From NCBI RefSeq assembly GCF_016433145.1, contig NC_058130.1, positions 712,152,360 through 712,216,359 of the forward strand: a DNA stretch of 64,000 bases, written 5' to 3'. Each line of letters opens with the position of its first letter. Positions within the stretch are counted from its first letter, which is position 1. The notes beneath the pieces were generated by a model. The model saw only the letters and a list, made by a program, of their open reading frames with translations, searched no databases and was not told the DNA's origin. This document shows, one piece after another, positions 46,101 to 59,790 of this stretch. Source of the DNA: Gracilinanus agilis (Eukaryota). A program made the position numbers and the translations under genes.

Positions 46101-48087
46101 CTTCCTATTACATATTAGCCTGGTTTAATCTTCTTGTCTGAACTATTGTTACAGATTCCTCTCTGCTCTCTGTGCCTCTGTCTCTTCTTCATACCATTGC
46201 CAAAAAATCTTTTTTTTTTTTAACCCTCACCTTCTGTTTTATAATGAATACTATGTATTGGTTCCAAGGCACTCACCCCCACCCCTCCCTGCAACCCCCC
46301 AAATGCTCTTAATGTACAGGCCAGCTGAGGTCACTTCTCGCTCAAAAGCTTTCAGAAGCTTTCTATTGCCTTTAGTACAGATTTGCCAGGCATTTCAAGT
46401 TTTTGACACTCTAGTTCTAAGCTACCTTTGTAGTCTTATTTCAAGGTTCTGCTCTCCTTCATACACACTATTTTTGGCAAGCTAGATTGCTAAACTGTTC
46501 CCTTACCTTATCCTGTACTTTCCCATCTCTTGGAAATTTCAATAAACTATTGCTCAGGACTGAAATTGGCTCTTTCTCCTCTCTCAGCCTGCCATATCAA
46601 TGCCCACTTGTTGAAATCTTTCTTTTTCTTGAAGGCTTCTTCAAGTCTCCCCTTTTCACCCTCCCCTGATTTGCATAGTTGAAAGTTACCTCATGTTGGT
46701 AGCATTTTGCCTAGACCTGTCTCTACCCCTCTGTGTCATTATCACATTCTGCTTTCTATCACCTTTAGTGGTTCACATTATTTCTACTCCACATTCAATT
46801 CTGTTTTAAAGTCTTGAGTGCAGAGAACATTTTATTTTTTGTTCTTTGGTTCTGTGCTCAGTACTGAGCACAAGGCTTTGCACAGAGTAGGTGCTTAATG
46901 TTGAACTAAACTGAATGATTCAAAATATCCATGGTCAAGAAGATTTGCAGCTCCTCTAATGTTGATAATCTTGAATGCTTCAAAAATTTCATAACCTGGT
47001 AGAACTAATCTTCTCTACATTTAGCCAGGTTAATCTTCAGATATAATCTATTACATGATGGTAATAGAAGCCTTTTCTCCTTGGTAGGACTTGCTAGAGC
47101 TTCTGTTCCACTGGAATAATCTTTAAGAACTCAAGGTTACTTCTAAACCTAAAGGGGATTATTGACTTTTAGAGGAGGAAGGGAATTTCTTTGTCTTTCA
47201 GATTAGGAAGGGAAACTTTCTTTCTTTTTTTTTTTTAAACTTTCTTATTTGACAGATCCAGACAAAGAAGGACTGCTTAAATGATGTTCCAGTGGTCAAA
47301 TAGGTAGTAAGTAGCAGAATCTGGATTTGAACTAATTCTTCCAACTCCAAACCCTTTGCTCTTTCTAGAGTCACAGACTTTTATTATCATAAAGGATGAC
47401 AGTGGTCAACTCAAGCCTGAAATTTTTATTTTTTTATCAAACATCAAACAAGTAATTGTCCATTTTTGCCTGAAGGCCTATCAAGGGCAACTACCAGCTC
47501 AAAAGCTAACCCTTTCTGCCTAAGGACACCTCTAATTGTTATTTCAAACCTAAATTTGCCATTCTACAACTTCTAAACCATTGCTTCTGGATACAGCTAA
47601 CGTTTTGGCCTGTCAAAATCTCTGTGATACATCATGTAAGCTTTCCCTTTCATATTTATATCATCTACAAATTGGAGAAGCTGGCCATCTATGCCAAATC
47701 ACTGATGAAAATGTGAAACAAACTGTCCATATCTTTGACTTATCAATACTACTCTATATCAAAGAAATCAAAGAAGAAAGATGAAAAGAACCCATAGGTA
47801 ACAAAATATTTATAGTAGCTCTTTCATAGTAGCCAAAAAAAAAGAGGAAACTAAGTAGGTACCTATTTATTTGAGAGACGGGCAATAATTGTTCATAAAA
47901 AATAAAAACAAAAAAAAAGATTAAAAATGTTAAAAAGATCAAGAACAGATCCCTAGGCATTTCCACTGAAGACTCCATTCCAAGCTGACAATGAATAAAT
48001 TATAATATGGGTATATTTAACATCACCCTATTAGTTTTAATCTAATTTGGACTTTTCAGTGTATCAAAATTAGGCTATAGCTTTGTG

Positions 48088-48928
48088 GAAGTGGAGCCAA
48101 GATGATAGAGAGAAGGTACAGGGAATCACCTGGTCTTTATAAAATTACCCTCCAAACAACTTTGATATAATGCCTCAAAACAAATTCTGGAGCAGTAGAA
48201 CCTACGAAAACAATTTTTCAGTTCATAACAACTTAGAAAGTCAGCACAAAAGGTCTGTGGTACGTTAGTGGTAGTTTTTTATGTTTTAAAAACAAGAAAA
48301 AGGCTGGAAAATGAGCAAACAACAACAAAAAGAAACTCGACATAGAAAGTTATTTTGGTAACAGAGAAGACCAAAATATAAACTTAGAAGACAACAAAGT
48401 CAATACCACTGCATTCAAAGCCTCAAATAAAAATATGAACTGGTCCTAAACCCAAAATTTACTGGAGGAGCTCAAAAAGGATTTTAAAAATCAAGTGAGA
48501 GAGGCAGAAGAAAAATGGGAAAGGAAAATCATGTAAAAAGAGTCACCAGGTTGGTAAAAGAGGCACAAAAAAATATTGAAGAAAGTAATATCTTATAAAA
48601 AAGAATAGGCCGATTGGTAAAAGAGACACAAAAATTCACTGAAGAGAACTCTTTAAAAAGCAGAATTGTCCAAATGGCATATACAATCATGTAAAACATT
48701 TTTCTATTTTAATACTCTTATAGAAGAAAGTTCAGACAAAAAAATAAGAAAGTTAAATATAGAATGCTTTGGTCTGGAGTATACATGTAAATTTATATCA
48801 GATTGCTTATCATCTCAGTGAGAGGGCAAGGGAGAGAGAGAACTCTGGGCTCAAAATTTTTTTTAAATGTTAAAAATTGTTTTCATATGTAATTGGGGAA
48901 AAATAAAATATCAAATTAAAAAAAAGCT
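48088..48928 (+). mobile_element. Internally deleted L1 (5' end, ORF1 start, 3' end) flanked by a TSD
   Basis: ggagccaagatg 5' end, disrupted ORF1 from ATG at 48311, 3' UTR and poly-A. tagctttgtg at 48078-48087 and 48929-48938. Confidence 0.75.
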
Positions 48929-50097
48929 AGCTTTGTGACCTTGAACTTCTCTCTTGGCCTTGGTTTCCTTTACTAAAATGAGGGAACTAGATCTCTAAAG
49001 TCCCCTTTACTTCTTTCCATGATTAGTATAAAGATAAGCTTGAAGGAAAAAATCATAATAGAGTAGCTATCAGGAGTATGTGGAAATGGGAAGTACAACC
49101 CCACACTTTTGCCTTGGTGAATGAATAAGGTAAAGTAAAGCAGTCTTGCATTGTTGGTACCTGGATTTCTCACCTCTCTACTCATAGCCGTAATGCTCAG
49201 ATAAGCAAATAGGAATGGACTCTGGACCTAATCTTAGGTCCACACTTAGGGTGAGTAGGCCCCTCTTATCTCATAGAGATTTTCCCTGCATTGGGAATCA
49301 GCAAACTGCTGGGAACCCTTAGGGTCTGGCTTCTGAACTTATTGGGAAGTGAACAGTCTCACATCTTGGTGGCTTGAATTGTTTTCCTCGCCAATAGGAA
49401 CTCACTAATATATCTGAGGAAAATGGCTACTCTGGGACTCTCATAGCAAAAAGGAATAATCACAGTTATAAGGAATTTTTAGTTGGGAAAATTCCATTGC
49501 TACTCCCATGCCAGTTTTCACAGGATTTTGAAAGAAGCCAGTCTGGGCTGGGAAAACACCTATCCACAGATCCTGACACAGCAAGTCCTTCCTCACTAGC
49601 CTAGACCTGTTCCTTTTTAACTCCACCTTCTCTCCACATAGTTCTGAGATTAAGTCTAACTCACATCTTGAAAAATAGCCAAGCTTGGATCTACTTTGTC
49701 CATCTAATGTTCTTATTTTATTTTAAGTGAGATAACATGAAGATCTAAGCTTTTTCAACTATAGCTTTTGTATTTTTCCAAAACTTCAAAAGATCTATGT
49801 TAGCATTGCTATGAATAGTTTCTTTACCTCTGGAGACAACAATATCACTTTACATTTTAGGTGATTAGTGGTCTACTAGTTGTGACCAAATTAGAATGAA
49901 CCTTTCTAAACTGAAGTAGGCTGGTTCTTGGATTAGAAATTCAGTTTATGACCGGACCATTGCCTAAAATCTTTCTGGAATAGTGGGACATTCCATAAAT
50001 TACACAACATTGGCACCTTCACAACATGATGGAACAAAGGAATACTTCAGGGATGAAAAGGAAAGATGTGGCTTCATTATTATTATTATTACTATTA

Positions 50098-50296
50098 TTT
50101 TTAAACCCTTACCTTCTGACTTAGAATCAATACGGGGTATTGGTTCTAAGGCAGAAGAGTGGTAAGGGCTAGGCAATAGGGGTTAAGTGACTTGCCCAGG
50201 GTCACACAGCTGGGAAGTGTCTGAGGCTAGATTTGAACCTAGGACCTCCCATCTCTGGGCCTGGCTCTCAATCCACTTAGCTACCCAGCTGCCCCC
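50098..50296 (-). mobile_element. SINE1_Mdo-type SINE
   Basis: Full element with TSD gtggcttcat on both sides and an (ATT)n-expanded tail. Confidence 0.9.
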
Positions 50297-52899
50297 GTGG
50301 CTTCATGATTAGAAGTAGGAACATAGGCCTGCTGAAAAATTGTATATTATGCTGCTTATCCCCCATCATCTCTCAAATTAGTTTTCGTTTTCACCTTTAC
50401 AACATCTCTTATGTCTCTTCACTCAATTCATACAAGCCTCACCCTTGTTCAGGCTCTCATCCCATCTTGCCTGGACTATCACAATAAATTTCTAATTGGT
50501 CTTTCTGCTTCAAGCCTCTCACAGATACATCACCCAATCCATTTTCCACTCAGCTGTCAAAGCAATTTTTGTAAAGTGTAAGCCGTCTGCTCCATTTTCT
50601 GCTCAATAAACTTCAGTGGTTCCTTATTTCCTCTAGGTTCAAATATAAACTTTCTGTTGGCATTCAATTTCAAATCTTGACCCTTTTTTAATCTTTCCAG
50701 TATTATTATAGTTCTATTAGATCCTCATATTCCTTATATCCTTCTAGTCTTATTACTTCCCTCTACCCACATTTAATCATATTGACCTAGCTGTTATTCC
50801 TCACATGGATGCTATATCTTCTGTCTCCCTGCCTTTGTGCTTCCATATTCTTCCCCTCCTCAGTTTCTTGGAATCCCTGGCTTTCTTCAAGATTCAGCCT
50901 AACTACCACCTTCTTTAGGAGGCCATTCCTTATCTCCTTGCATGTATTTTCCCAAAGTCACTTTTCACCTACACTGTGTCATATATACTTGTTTATGAAC
51001 ATATTGTCTCCTATATTAGAATATAAGCTCCTTAGACACAGAGACTGTTTTAGCTTTTTCTTTGTATTTCTGGCACAGAGCAAGCATTCAATAAATACTC
51101 ACTGACTGAATAAAATCTATAATAAATTACAAGTAGGAAAGGAAGGGAAACTATGAGAGTTAAGCATTTTGCTAACAATAAGAATAAGAAGAAATAGCTA
51201 ATAGACAAAAGACAGAAAATATGTAAAAAGCAGATTCTCCTTCAGTATTTCAAGGATCTGCAAATTGATCATATGTGTTCTGCCTGTACTAAAACAGATT
51301 AAAACCTCTCTATGACTTATCAAACAATCCTTGAGAATAGCTGTAATCAAAATTTGTCCATTATAAGGACCAGAAAACAGGCATGATTACTTAAAAAGCA
51401 TAGCAATTTGGGGCCATATAATGTATCTGCAAAAGCCCTATATGTCTAAATAAGCTCTGATGGCTTTCCATCACTAAAGTGTAATAATTTATGTTCATAA
51501 CCAGATTTTGAGTCATTGAGAAAAGGTTAAATTATGTTTGGCATATTCTATCTACAAAAACAAAGACCATGTGATACATTTCCCAAAGGTTTTTCAACCA
51601 AAATGATAAAAATAAAAAAGGTTTCATTGTACTAAACACCACTCTTTTAAATTTAACATTTACTAAATACATTCTTTTGACAAGTCACTGTGGCATGGAA
51701 ATGACCCTGCATTTTAGTTTTTATTCTGAACAAACATAAAAAAATGAACAATTCCATAACTGTAGCCTAGAAATATGAATCTCTATTAGTAGACCCATCT
51801 TGTTTTTCAATATATTAGTATGTTCAAGTTATAACTTTCAAAGCTATCTTGCTTGATGGTGATTCCTTCTGGTTTTCTTTGTTTTCTTCTCTCTTTTTAA
51901 AAAATGTGTGAGAATTCTATGTAGTTAAGTCTCCTACTCCTTTCCACTGTTCTTTCTCCACCCAAACCAATTGAGAACATACAAACAAACCCTTTTGAAT
52001 AAATATGCATAGTCAAATAAAACAAATGTCCACATTGGTCAAGACTAAAATGGCAAAGTATCTGCCTCAAAAGATGTCCCATTCTGCATCTGAAGTCTAA
52101 CTCCTCTCTGTTAAGAAGCGGGTAGCATGCTTTATCACTGGTCCTTTGGTATTGTGGTTTTGATCCTAGATTCTTCAAGGCAATGCTCGTGGATCATTAT
52201 CTCTTTCATATCCTGAGCAATTTGAATGACTGTTATTATGGGACTGGTTTAGAGTCATTCATCAGGCTGGCTTCCAAGGGATTATTTTTTGGTAACAGAA
52301 ACTTCAAAAACTATGTGTTCTGGTAAAGAAAATAGTTACACAAAAAAAAAATGTATTGGAAAAGATGTCACTTTCTGGCTTTGACTGTTCTGTTTGTTAA
52401 AATTTTTTTTTTCATTATTTTTATGACCTTTCAATCTTCACATATTTTTTAAAAAATGGGTTATCAAAAGTGCCCTGTAGTGATTTATAGCAAAGTTCCA
52501 TCTTTTTATATCATACACACATATATATCTTTATATATACCCTACCCCATATATATGTGTGTGTGTATATATACTATAAATATACAATCATATATCTTTT
52601 ATCTCTAGCATTTGTGAGACTTAGCTTCCTCTGGAAGATATTGTATTCTTGGCTATCCTTTATAGCATTAGTTCTGTCTTCAATTCATATTCCTTATACA
52701 ACTATCTTGGAGGGCTATTAGAATGAGATTTCCTTCTAATGACCGCTTTTGGACTCCTTCTCTGCTGCCATCCCTTGATAACCTTTCCTTCTGCTGATTC
52801 ATCAAGGATCACTCTATCCAAATACATCACCCAACTGAGAGGTAGTTGTCTATGAAGTTCCAGGTCATTCTCTCTGCTTTCCAAGGAGTTCAGTATCTG

Positions 52900-54950
52900 T
52901 TTTCACTGTATCCCTTTCCACCTCAAGTCCTTCATTTATATTGAGCTATTTCAACATGCACATCAATTTCTCTCGAACACCCTACCTTTCCAGTTCTTCA
53001 TCTCAAATCCCAAGATTTACAATGCCATCCCAATTCAGTTACAAATATAGATGGGCAATCCCTTTATCTGGCTATCACCCACACTTTTTCACTTTCATAA
53101 TCAAGAATCTAGAAATTCTTTTATCCAAACTTAACTTCCTATCTACTTAGGTGTCACTCCTAGGCTTTGTTTTCATCATGATCCCCAAACCTTCATTTCC
53201 CTCAGGATTCACTCAATCCATTACCTTTACTTGGTTTCACTTTAACCAGTTCAGTATTATTACCCTTTCCTGTATTCTTGAATCCCTCACCCTTTGTTGT
53301 TTTGATTGTTTATGCCTTACTAAACACTTAATTCTAGATTATTCCTCCCACTATCCCTCTCATACCATAGGCTGCTGAATGAAATAGGAGAAAGTCATGC
53401 AAATGTGTTGACTTGGTCTACTTTAAATTTATGCTATCCAGTCTCAACTAGCTTCTCACTGTAGTATAATCATCCTTTTACTCCTTCCTAATTAAATCTC
53501 TATCTCACTTCCTATAGTGCCTATTCTAAACTCTTTTTCAAGCTTTCCAGAGCATCACTTTCCTTCTACCTTCTACTCTCTCAGCTATTGACCATTCCCA
53601 GTGTTTGCAGGGAGAAGAGTTCTCTCATTACAAGATCAACATTAGATGATCAACAGTGAAGGACTAAACCCATGTTGGAGAACCTATGGCATGCATGCCA
53701 GGGTGGGGCACTCAGAGCCCTCTCTGTGGATACATCTACGGTTGTCCCAGCACAGAGTCTGCCAGAGTTCATTACTAGAAAGCCAGAGGGATGCAGGGCA
53801 GGGTTGCTCCCCTCCCACTCCCCACACAGTTTGCAGTTTGGGCACTCAGTCTCTAAAAGGTTTGTCATCACTAGGTTAAACTATTATTTGCAAAGCAAGT
53901 TTCCAAGATAATAATAAGGGGCTCGTGATGAAAAATGTTATCTTTGGTCAAAGAAAGAATTGTTGGAGTCTGATGGAAGATCAAAGCATACCATTTTCCA
54001 CTTTATTTCCTTCATGAGTTTCTTATTGTATGTGTGATATGTGACTTCTATCAAGACATAAGCAATATGGAAATATGTATTGTATGAAAAGACTGGTATA
54101 ACCTGTACTGCTTTGGGAAGGGGGAAAGAGGGAGAAAATCTGAATCCTAAAATGTCAGAAAACAATTGTCAAAAATTGCTTTTATATGTGACTGAAAAAA
54201 GCAAACAAACAAAAAAAGATGAGCTCCCTCTTCTCTCATTATTCAACTGAAATTGTTCTCTCCAAATGTAGTAAAGATCTCTTCTGAATCTGATATCCTT
54301 TTCTCATTTATCATCCTTCATGACTTTACAAGCATGGCACTATTGACTTTTTTTCTCTATTCAAATAGCTATCATCCTGGATTAGTTCCTCAATCATCTC
54401 TAGTATGGACTGTTGCAATAGCCTCCTCACAGTTTATCTGCCTTGGTAATCCATCTTCCACACACCTACCAGGCTGTTATTCCTAAAGTACAGGTCTGCC
54501 TATGCTACTCTTTGCTTCTCTTCATTGTTTTTAGGACAAAATGCACACTTCTCTGTTCAGCATTTAAAGCCCTTCACAGCTAGCTCAGGTCTCTCTTTCT
54601 AGGCTGATAACTCATTACTCTTCTTCCAACCAGAATAGCTTACTTGATGTTCTCAGTGCTTTTACAGCTTCTTCCTCATGCCAGGAGAGGGAACCTCTTC
54701 CTCCTTACTTTCACCTTAGAACCCCTTAAAGCCTTAGAGTGGCTTAGCTTCTTTCCATTCCCACTATGATTTTGTTTGATATATATCTTGTATGTACTTA
54801 TTTCTGACTCTATTGTATCCTTCTAGCAAATTTTAAGCTACTTGGGGCAGAGGTTTTTTCTTTTTTGTATTTGTATCCCTAGTAACCAACAGGGTCTGGC
54901 ACATAGTAAGTGCTTATTAAATGATTATGGAATGAATGGGAGGAACTATC
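52900..54950 (+). mobile_element. Degenerate L2 body and 3' end with nested MITE and L1 fragment
   Basis: Pyrimidine-rich L2-like body ending in an L2 tail (ggcacatagtaagtgcttattaaatg). Boundaries approximate. Confidence 0.55.
53670..53873. mobile_element. hAT MITE, family D copy 2 (opposite orientation)
   Basis: Ends ccatgttggagaacct / aggtttgtcatcacta. TSD gactaaac / ggttaaac (6 of 8 match). Confidence 0.82.
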
Positions 54951-56094
54951 CAGAGCACCTGAGGCCAAGAGGAATTCCAGAGGAGCTACAGAACAAAAGT
55001 AATTTAAGCTGTGGATATAAAGCAAACTTAGTTGAGAGTTGCTTACTCCATGGGAGCATTATATAATATTAACTATATTTATATTACCTGTGATTTTACT
55101 CCTTGAATACATATCACAGGGGGGTCCTCTAAAAGGTTGGGTAACTTGCTCAATATCAATAATAATATGTGAAGAAACAGAACTTGAATGTTGGTTTTTA
55201 TGAGTTCAAGACCTCTTGCAATCCATTCTGCCACACTTTCTATTTTCTTCTTACTTTTATACTGTTTATATTCTTCAAAATGCTTTGACCTTTATCTTTA
55301 TCAAGTCACTTGACCCCCATTGCCTACCCTTACCACTCTTCTGCCTTGGAGCCAACACACAGTATTGACTCCAAGATGGAAGGTAAGGGTTTTAAAAAAA
55401 TCAAAAACATTTTATGGAACTTTAAGGTTTGAAAAGTTTTTTGAAATTATTTCAATTGGGAACACCAAATTAAACCAAAGAGAAGCTGTCATTTTCCCAT
55501 AGTCACATAGTTGAAGATTATAATGATGGTTGTCATTCATCGGTACAAAATCCATGTCAATACAATTAAAAATGATGATACTATGTTAACTTACAGATTT
55601 AGTGTTATATCAAACTACAAGAGGTGGTTTTTTTTTTTTTTAACAACTTTCAGCAGAGATCCCCAGAACTATACAGTGATAGTAAGTGTTAGAGGCAGGG
55701 CAGTTTTAATTAAATTCAAACCTGCATTACAAGCCTTTTGGGTAACTTGAAATGGATATCCACAGTCATTTCAAACTCAACATGTAAAAATATCCCTTTT
55801 TTCTGACCATGTTATCCCCACCTATTTGATATGTTCTGATAGCTCTTTGTTACCTCCAGCATCAAATATAAAGTCCTCTGTTTAGAACTTAAAGTGCTTT
55901 TGTAACCTGGCCCTTGCTATCTTTCTAGGCTTCTTACACTTGACTCCCCTTCACATACTCTTTCTGTTCCTAGCATAAAACACTCTTTTCTCCCATCTCT
56001 GTGCCTTTGCTTTTGTGGTACCTTCTGCCTGAAATGCTCCCTCTCCTCACCTCTTCTTTTTAGAATCCCTAGTTTCCTTTTTTTGTGTGTGTTA

Positions 56095-56880
56095 AGTGTT
56101 TTTTTTTTTAATTCAAAGTTTTTATTTAATTAATTTAGAACATTTTTCCATGGTTATAGGATTCATGTTCTATTCCTCCCCTTCTCCCATCCCCTCCCAT
56201 AGCCAAAGCACAATCCCACTGGGTTTTACATGTGTCATTGATTAAGACCTATTTCCATATTATTGATATTTGAGCTAAGGAGCTCATTTTGAGTCAATAT
56301 CCCTAATTATATCCCCATCCTCTCATATAATCAGGTAGTTGTTTTTCTTCTGTGTTTCTCCTCCCACAGTTCTTCCTCTGAATGTGGCCAGTCTTCTTTC
56401 TCATAGGTCCCTCATAGTGTCCTGGGTCATCGCATTGTTGCTAGTAGAGAAGTCCATTACATTCCATTTTACCACAGTGTATCAGTCTCTGTGTTTAATG
56501 TTCTCCTGGTTCTGCTCCTTTCACTCTGCATCAATTCCTGGAGGTCAGTCCAGTTCACAAGGAATTCCTCCAGTTCATTATTCCTTTGAGCCTAATAGTA
56601 TTCCATCACCAACAGACACCACAATTTGTTCAGCCATTCCCCAATAGAAGGGCATATTCTCGTTTTCCAGTTTTTTTGCCACCACAAAGAGTGCAGCTAT
56701 AACTATTTTTGTACAAATTCTTTTCCCTTATGATGTCTTTGGAGTATAAACCCAGCAGTGGTTTGGCTGGATCAAAGGGAAGGCAGTCTTTTAGTGCTCT
56801 TTGGGCATAGTTCCAAATTGCCATCCAGAATGGTTGGATCAATTCACAACTCCATCAGCAATGCATTAATGTCTCAATTT
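56095..56880 (-). mobile_element. L1 3' end (ORF2 end plus 3' UTR)
   Basis: Poly-T and antisense 3' UTR. The minus-strand ORF 56630-56842 (FWMAIWNY...DPAKPLLGLYSKD) is the L1 ORF2 C-terminus. Confidence 0.88.
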
Positions 56881-58565
56881 TCCTAGCTTCCTTTCTGACA
56901 CAGCTGAAGTGTCACCTTTTTCAGGAAGTTCACAAGCTGCTATTGCCTTTTTCTCTAAGGTTACCTTCAATCTACTCTGTAGATATCTTTTTTTGACCCT
57001 ATTTTCATATTTCATTTCATATTTCACACAGAATATGAGCATCTTGAGGGTAATGTTTTTTTTGCCTATTTTTAAATCTGAAATAATTAGCATTCCTAGT
57101 ATATAGTAAGCCTTAAAAATTGTTTTTTGACTGACAAAAGATCTAGACTATCAAGTGAAACGATGAAGAAAGTAAGAATAGGGAAATAGCTCAACTACTC
57201 TCTTCAAAGTTACTAACAATCTTTTTTTTATAGGTATATCTTTTTTGTTTTATTTATTTTTAAAACATTTATTAATATTCATTTTTAACATGGTTACATG
57301 ATTCATGCTCCTACTTTCTCCTTCACCCCCCCCCCCCCGCACTCCCCTCACCCATGGCTGATGCACATTTCCACTGGTTTTAACATGTGTCAACTAATAA
57401 TCTTTTAATTGCCAAATCTTATGGTCCTTTCTTAATCCTCATCCTCCTTGACCACTCTGCAACCTTCCACACTGTCAGTCATTTCTTCTCCTTGATAGTC
57501 TTTCTTTTCATGATATTCTTTTTTCCTGGTTCTCTTAATATTTAATTGACCTATCTCAGTTTCCTATATACATCATTCCTACTAGTTATATGTATTCTAT
57601 AGGGTTCTGTTCTGGTCCTTCTTCTAAATTATTTCATTTGGTGATCTCATCATCACTTATGGATTTAATTATCATCTCTTTACTGATGATTCTTATGTTC
57701 ACTTATCCAGTCCTAACTTCTATATCACCTCCAGTCTGCCTACTAGATATCTTTAACTTTAACATAGGCATCTTAAACTCAACATATACAAAGCAGAACT
57801 CATTAACTTTCCTTCCAAACCTTCCCCTTGCCCTAACTTCTCTATTATTGTTTTTTTATTTTAAAATTAACATTTTTATTTCCCCGAATTCTTCATATAT
57901 TTTCTGAAATTATAATATCCACATTGTCTCCCTCCCTCCCTCCCTTCTTTCCCTGGGATGAGAAGCAATTCAATCTAGGTTATACATGTATGATCTTGCA
58001 AAACATATTTCCATATTGATCAAGTTGTGAGAGAATACTCATATAAAATAAAAAATTCAAAAATAAAAACACACATCAATAAGTCAATGTGAAAAATAAT
58101 ACGTTTAGATCTTCATTCTGATTCCATCAGTTCTTTCTCTAGAGGTGAATAGCATGCTTTGTCAAAAGTCCTTCAGAATTGTCTTGGATCATTGCATTGC
58201 CCAGAATAGCTAAGTCTTTCACAGTTGATCATACAATATTACTTTTACTGTGTGCAATGTTCTCCTGGTTCTGTTTACTTCATTCTGCATCTGTTTATGA
58301 TGGTCTTTTTGCTTATTGTTGAGGGCATCATCATTCTTCCAGTCACTGGCTAGGAATCATATACCGCTCCTCATTCTTTCTCTCATCCCCCCATATCCAA
58401 TTTGTTTCAAAGGCTTGCTGATCTTGCCTTCCTAATGCATCTTATATATATCCTCTCCTCTCCTTTGACATTGTCCTCTTTGGTACAGGTTTTCATCACT
58501 TTACACCAGGACAATTTCAATAGCCTGTTTGGTCTCCCTATCTCAAGTCTTTCCTCACTCCAGAT

Positions 58566-58758
58566 CAGTGGTTCCCAAACTTTTTTGGCCTACTACCCCC
58601 TTTCCAGAAAAAATATTTCTTAGCCCCCTGGAAATTAATTTTTTTAAAATTTTAATAGCAATTAATAGGAAAGATAAATGCACCTGTGGCCATCACCACT
58701 CTCCTGGACTGCTGCAGCACCCACCAGGGGGCAGTAGCACCCACTTTGGGAATTGCTG
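58566..58758. mobile_element. hAT (Charlie-like) MITE, family A copy 2
   Basis: TIRs cagtggttcccaaa / tttgggaattgctg. TSD ctccagat / ctacagac (6 of 8 match). Inserted in L2. Confidence 0.85.
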
Positions 58759-58811
58759 CTACAGACCATTCTTACTCACCTGCCAGAGTGCACAAGTCTG
58801 ACTATATCACT

Positions 58812-59017
58812 TCTTTTTTTTTTTTTTTTTTTTTTTATTTTTAAACCCTTAACTTCTGTGTATTGACTTATAGGTGGAAGATTGGTAAGGGTAGGCAATG
58901 GGGGTCAAGTGACTTGCCCAGGGTCACAGAGCTGGGAAGTGTCTGAGGCTGGATTTGAACCTAGGACCTCCTGTCTCTAGGCCTGGCTCTCAATCCACTG
59001 AGCTACCCAGCTGCCCC
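58812..59017 (-). mobile_element. SINE1_Mdo-type SINE
   Basis: Long poly-T, full body, TSD tatatcacttcttt. Confidence 0.92.
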
Positions 59018-59593
59018 TTATATCACTTCTTTATTCAGCAAACTCCAGTGACTCCCAGTGACCTCCAGGACTAAATATAAAATCTTGTTTGGAGTTCAAA
59101 GACCTTCATATCCTTCTCCCTTAGTCCCTATTTTAATTCTTTTTACACTCTCCATCTTCTACATACTCTTTGAATCACTGATACTAGCTTCCTACCACCA
59201 TTTCCTGACTCCAGGCATTTTTATTGGCTGTCCCCCAGGCCTGATAGAGAGATATCTCTCTCCTTCATCTCTTCCTCTTGGTGTCCCCTACAAGTTCCAG
59301 CTAGAATCAGACCTTTTACAGGAAGTCTTTTCCAAACCCTTCCACTTATAGTATCCTTTCTCTAATGATTATCTACATTTTATCCTGTATAAAGCTTATT
59401 TCTATGTAGTTGTTTGCATTAGACCATGAGCTCCAGGAAAGCAAGAGCCTGTCTTTTGCCTTTCTTTGTATCACCAGTGTTTAGCACAAAAGTAAGTGCT
59501 TGACAAATGTTGATTGACTGACCAACAGACCTCAAATTATATAAAGCACTAATCATAAAAAACTACTTGATTCTGGTTAAAAAACAAAATAGA

Positions 59594-59790
59594 GGGCAGC
59601 TGGGTAGCTCAGTGGAGTGAGAGTCAGGCCTAGAGACAGGAGGCCCTAGGTTCAAACCCGGCCTCAGCCACTTCCCAGCTGTGTGACCCTGGGCAAGTCA
59701 CTTGACCCCCATTGCCCACCCTTACCAATCTTCCACCTATGAGACAATACACCGAAGTACAAGGGTTTAAAAAAAAAAAAAATAAAAAAA
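59594..59790 (+). mobile_element. SINE1_Mdo-type SINE (young-looking)
   Basis: Intact A box tagctcagtgg and B box ggttcaaaccc, retained CpGs, TSD aaaaacaaaataga. Confidence 0.92.

Noticed and set aside
44880-46200. Non-repeat-looking block as a possible decayed pseudogene or LTR-element interior
   Set aside because: The frames I translated have frequent stops and no recognisable motif.
59594-59670. tRNA-like A/B box sequences (also at 3582 and 5391)
   Set aside because: These are heads of tRNA-derived SINEs continuing into CORE and poly-A with TSDs, not tRNA genes.
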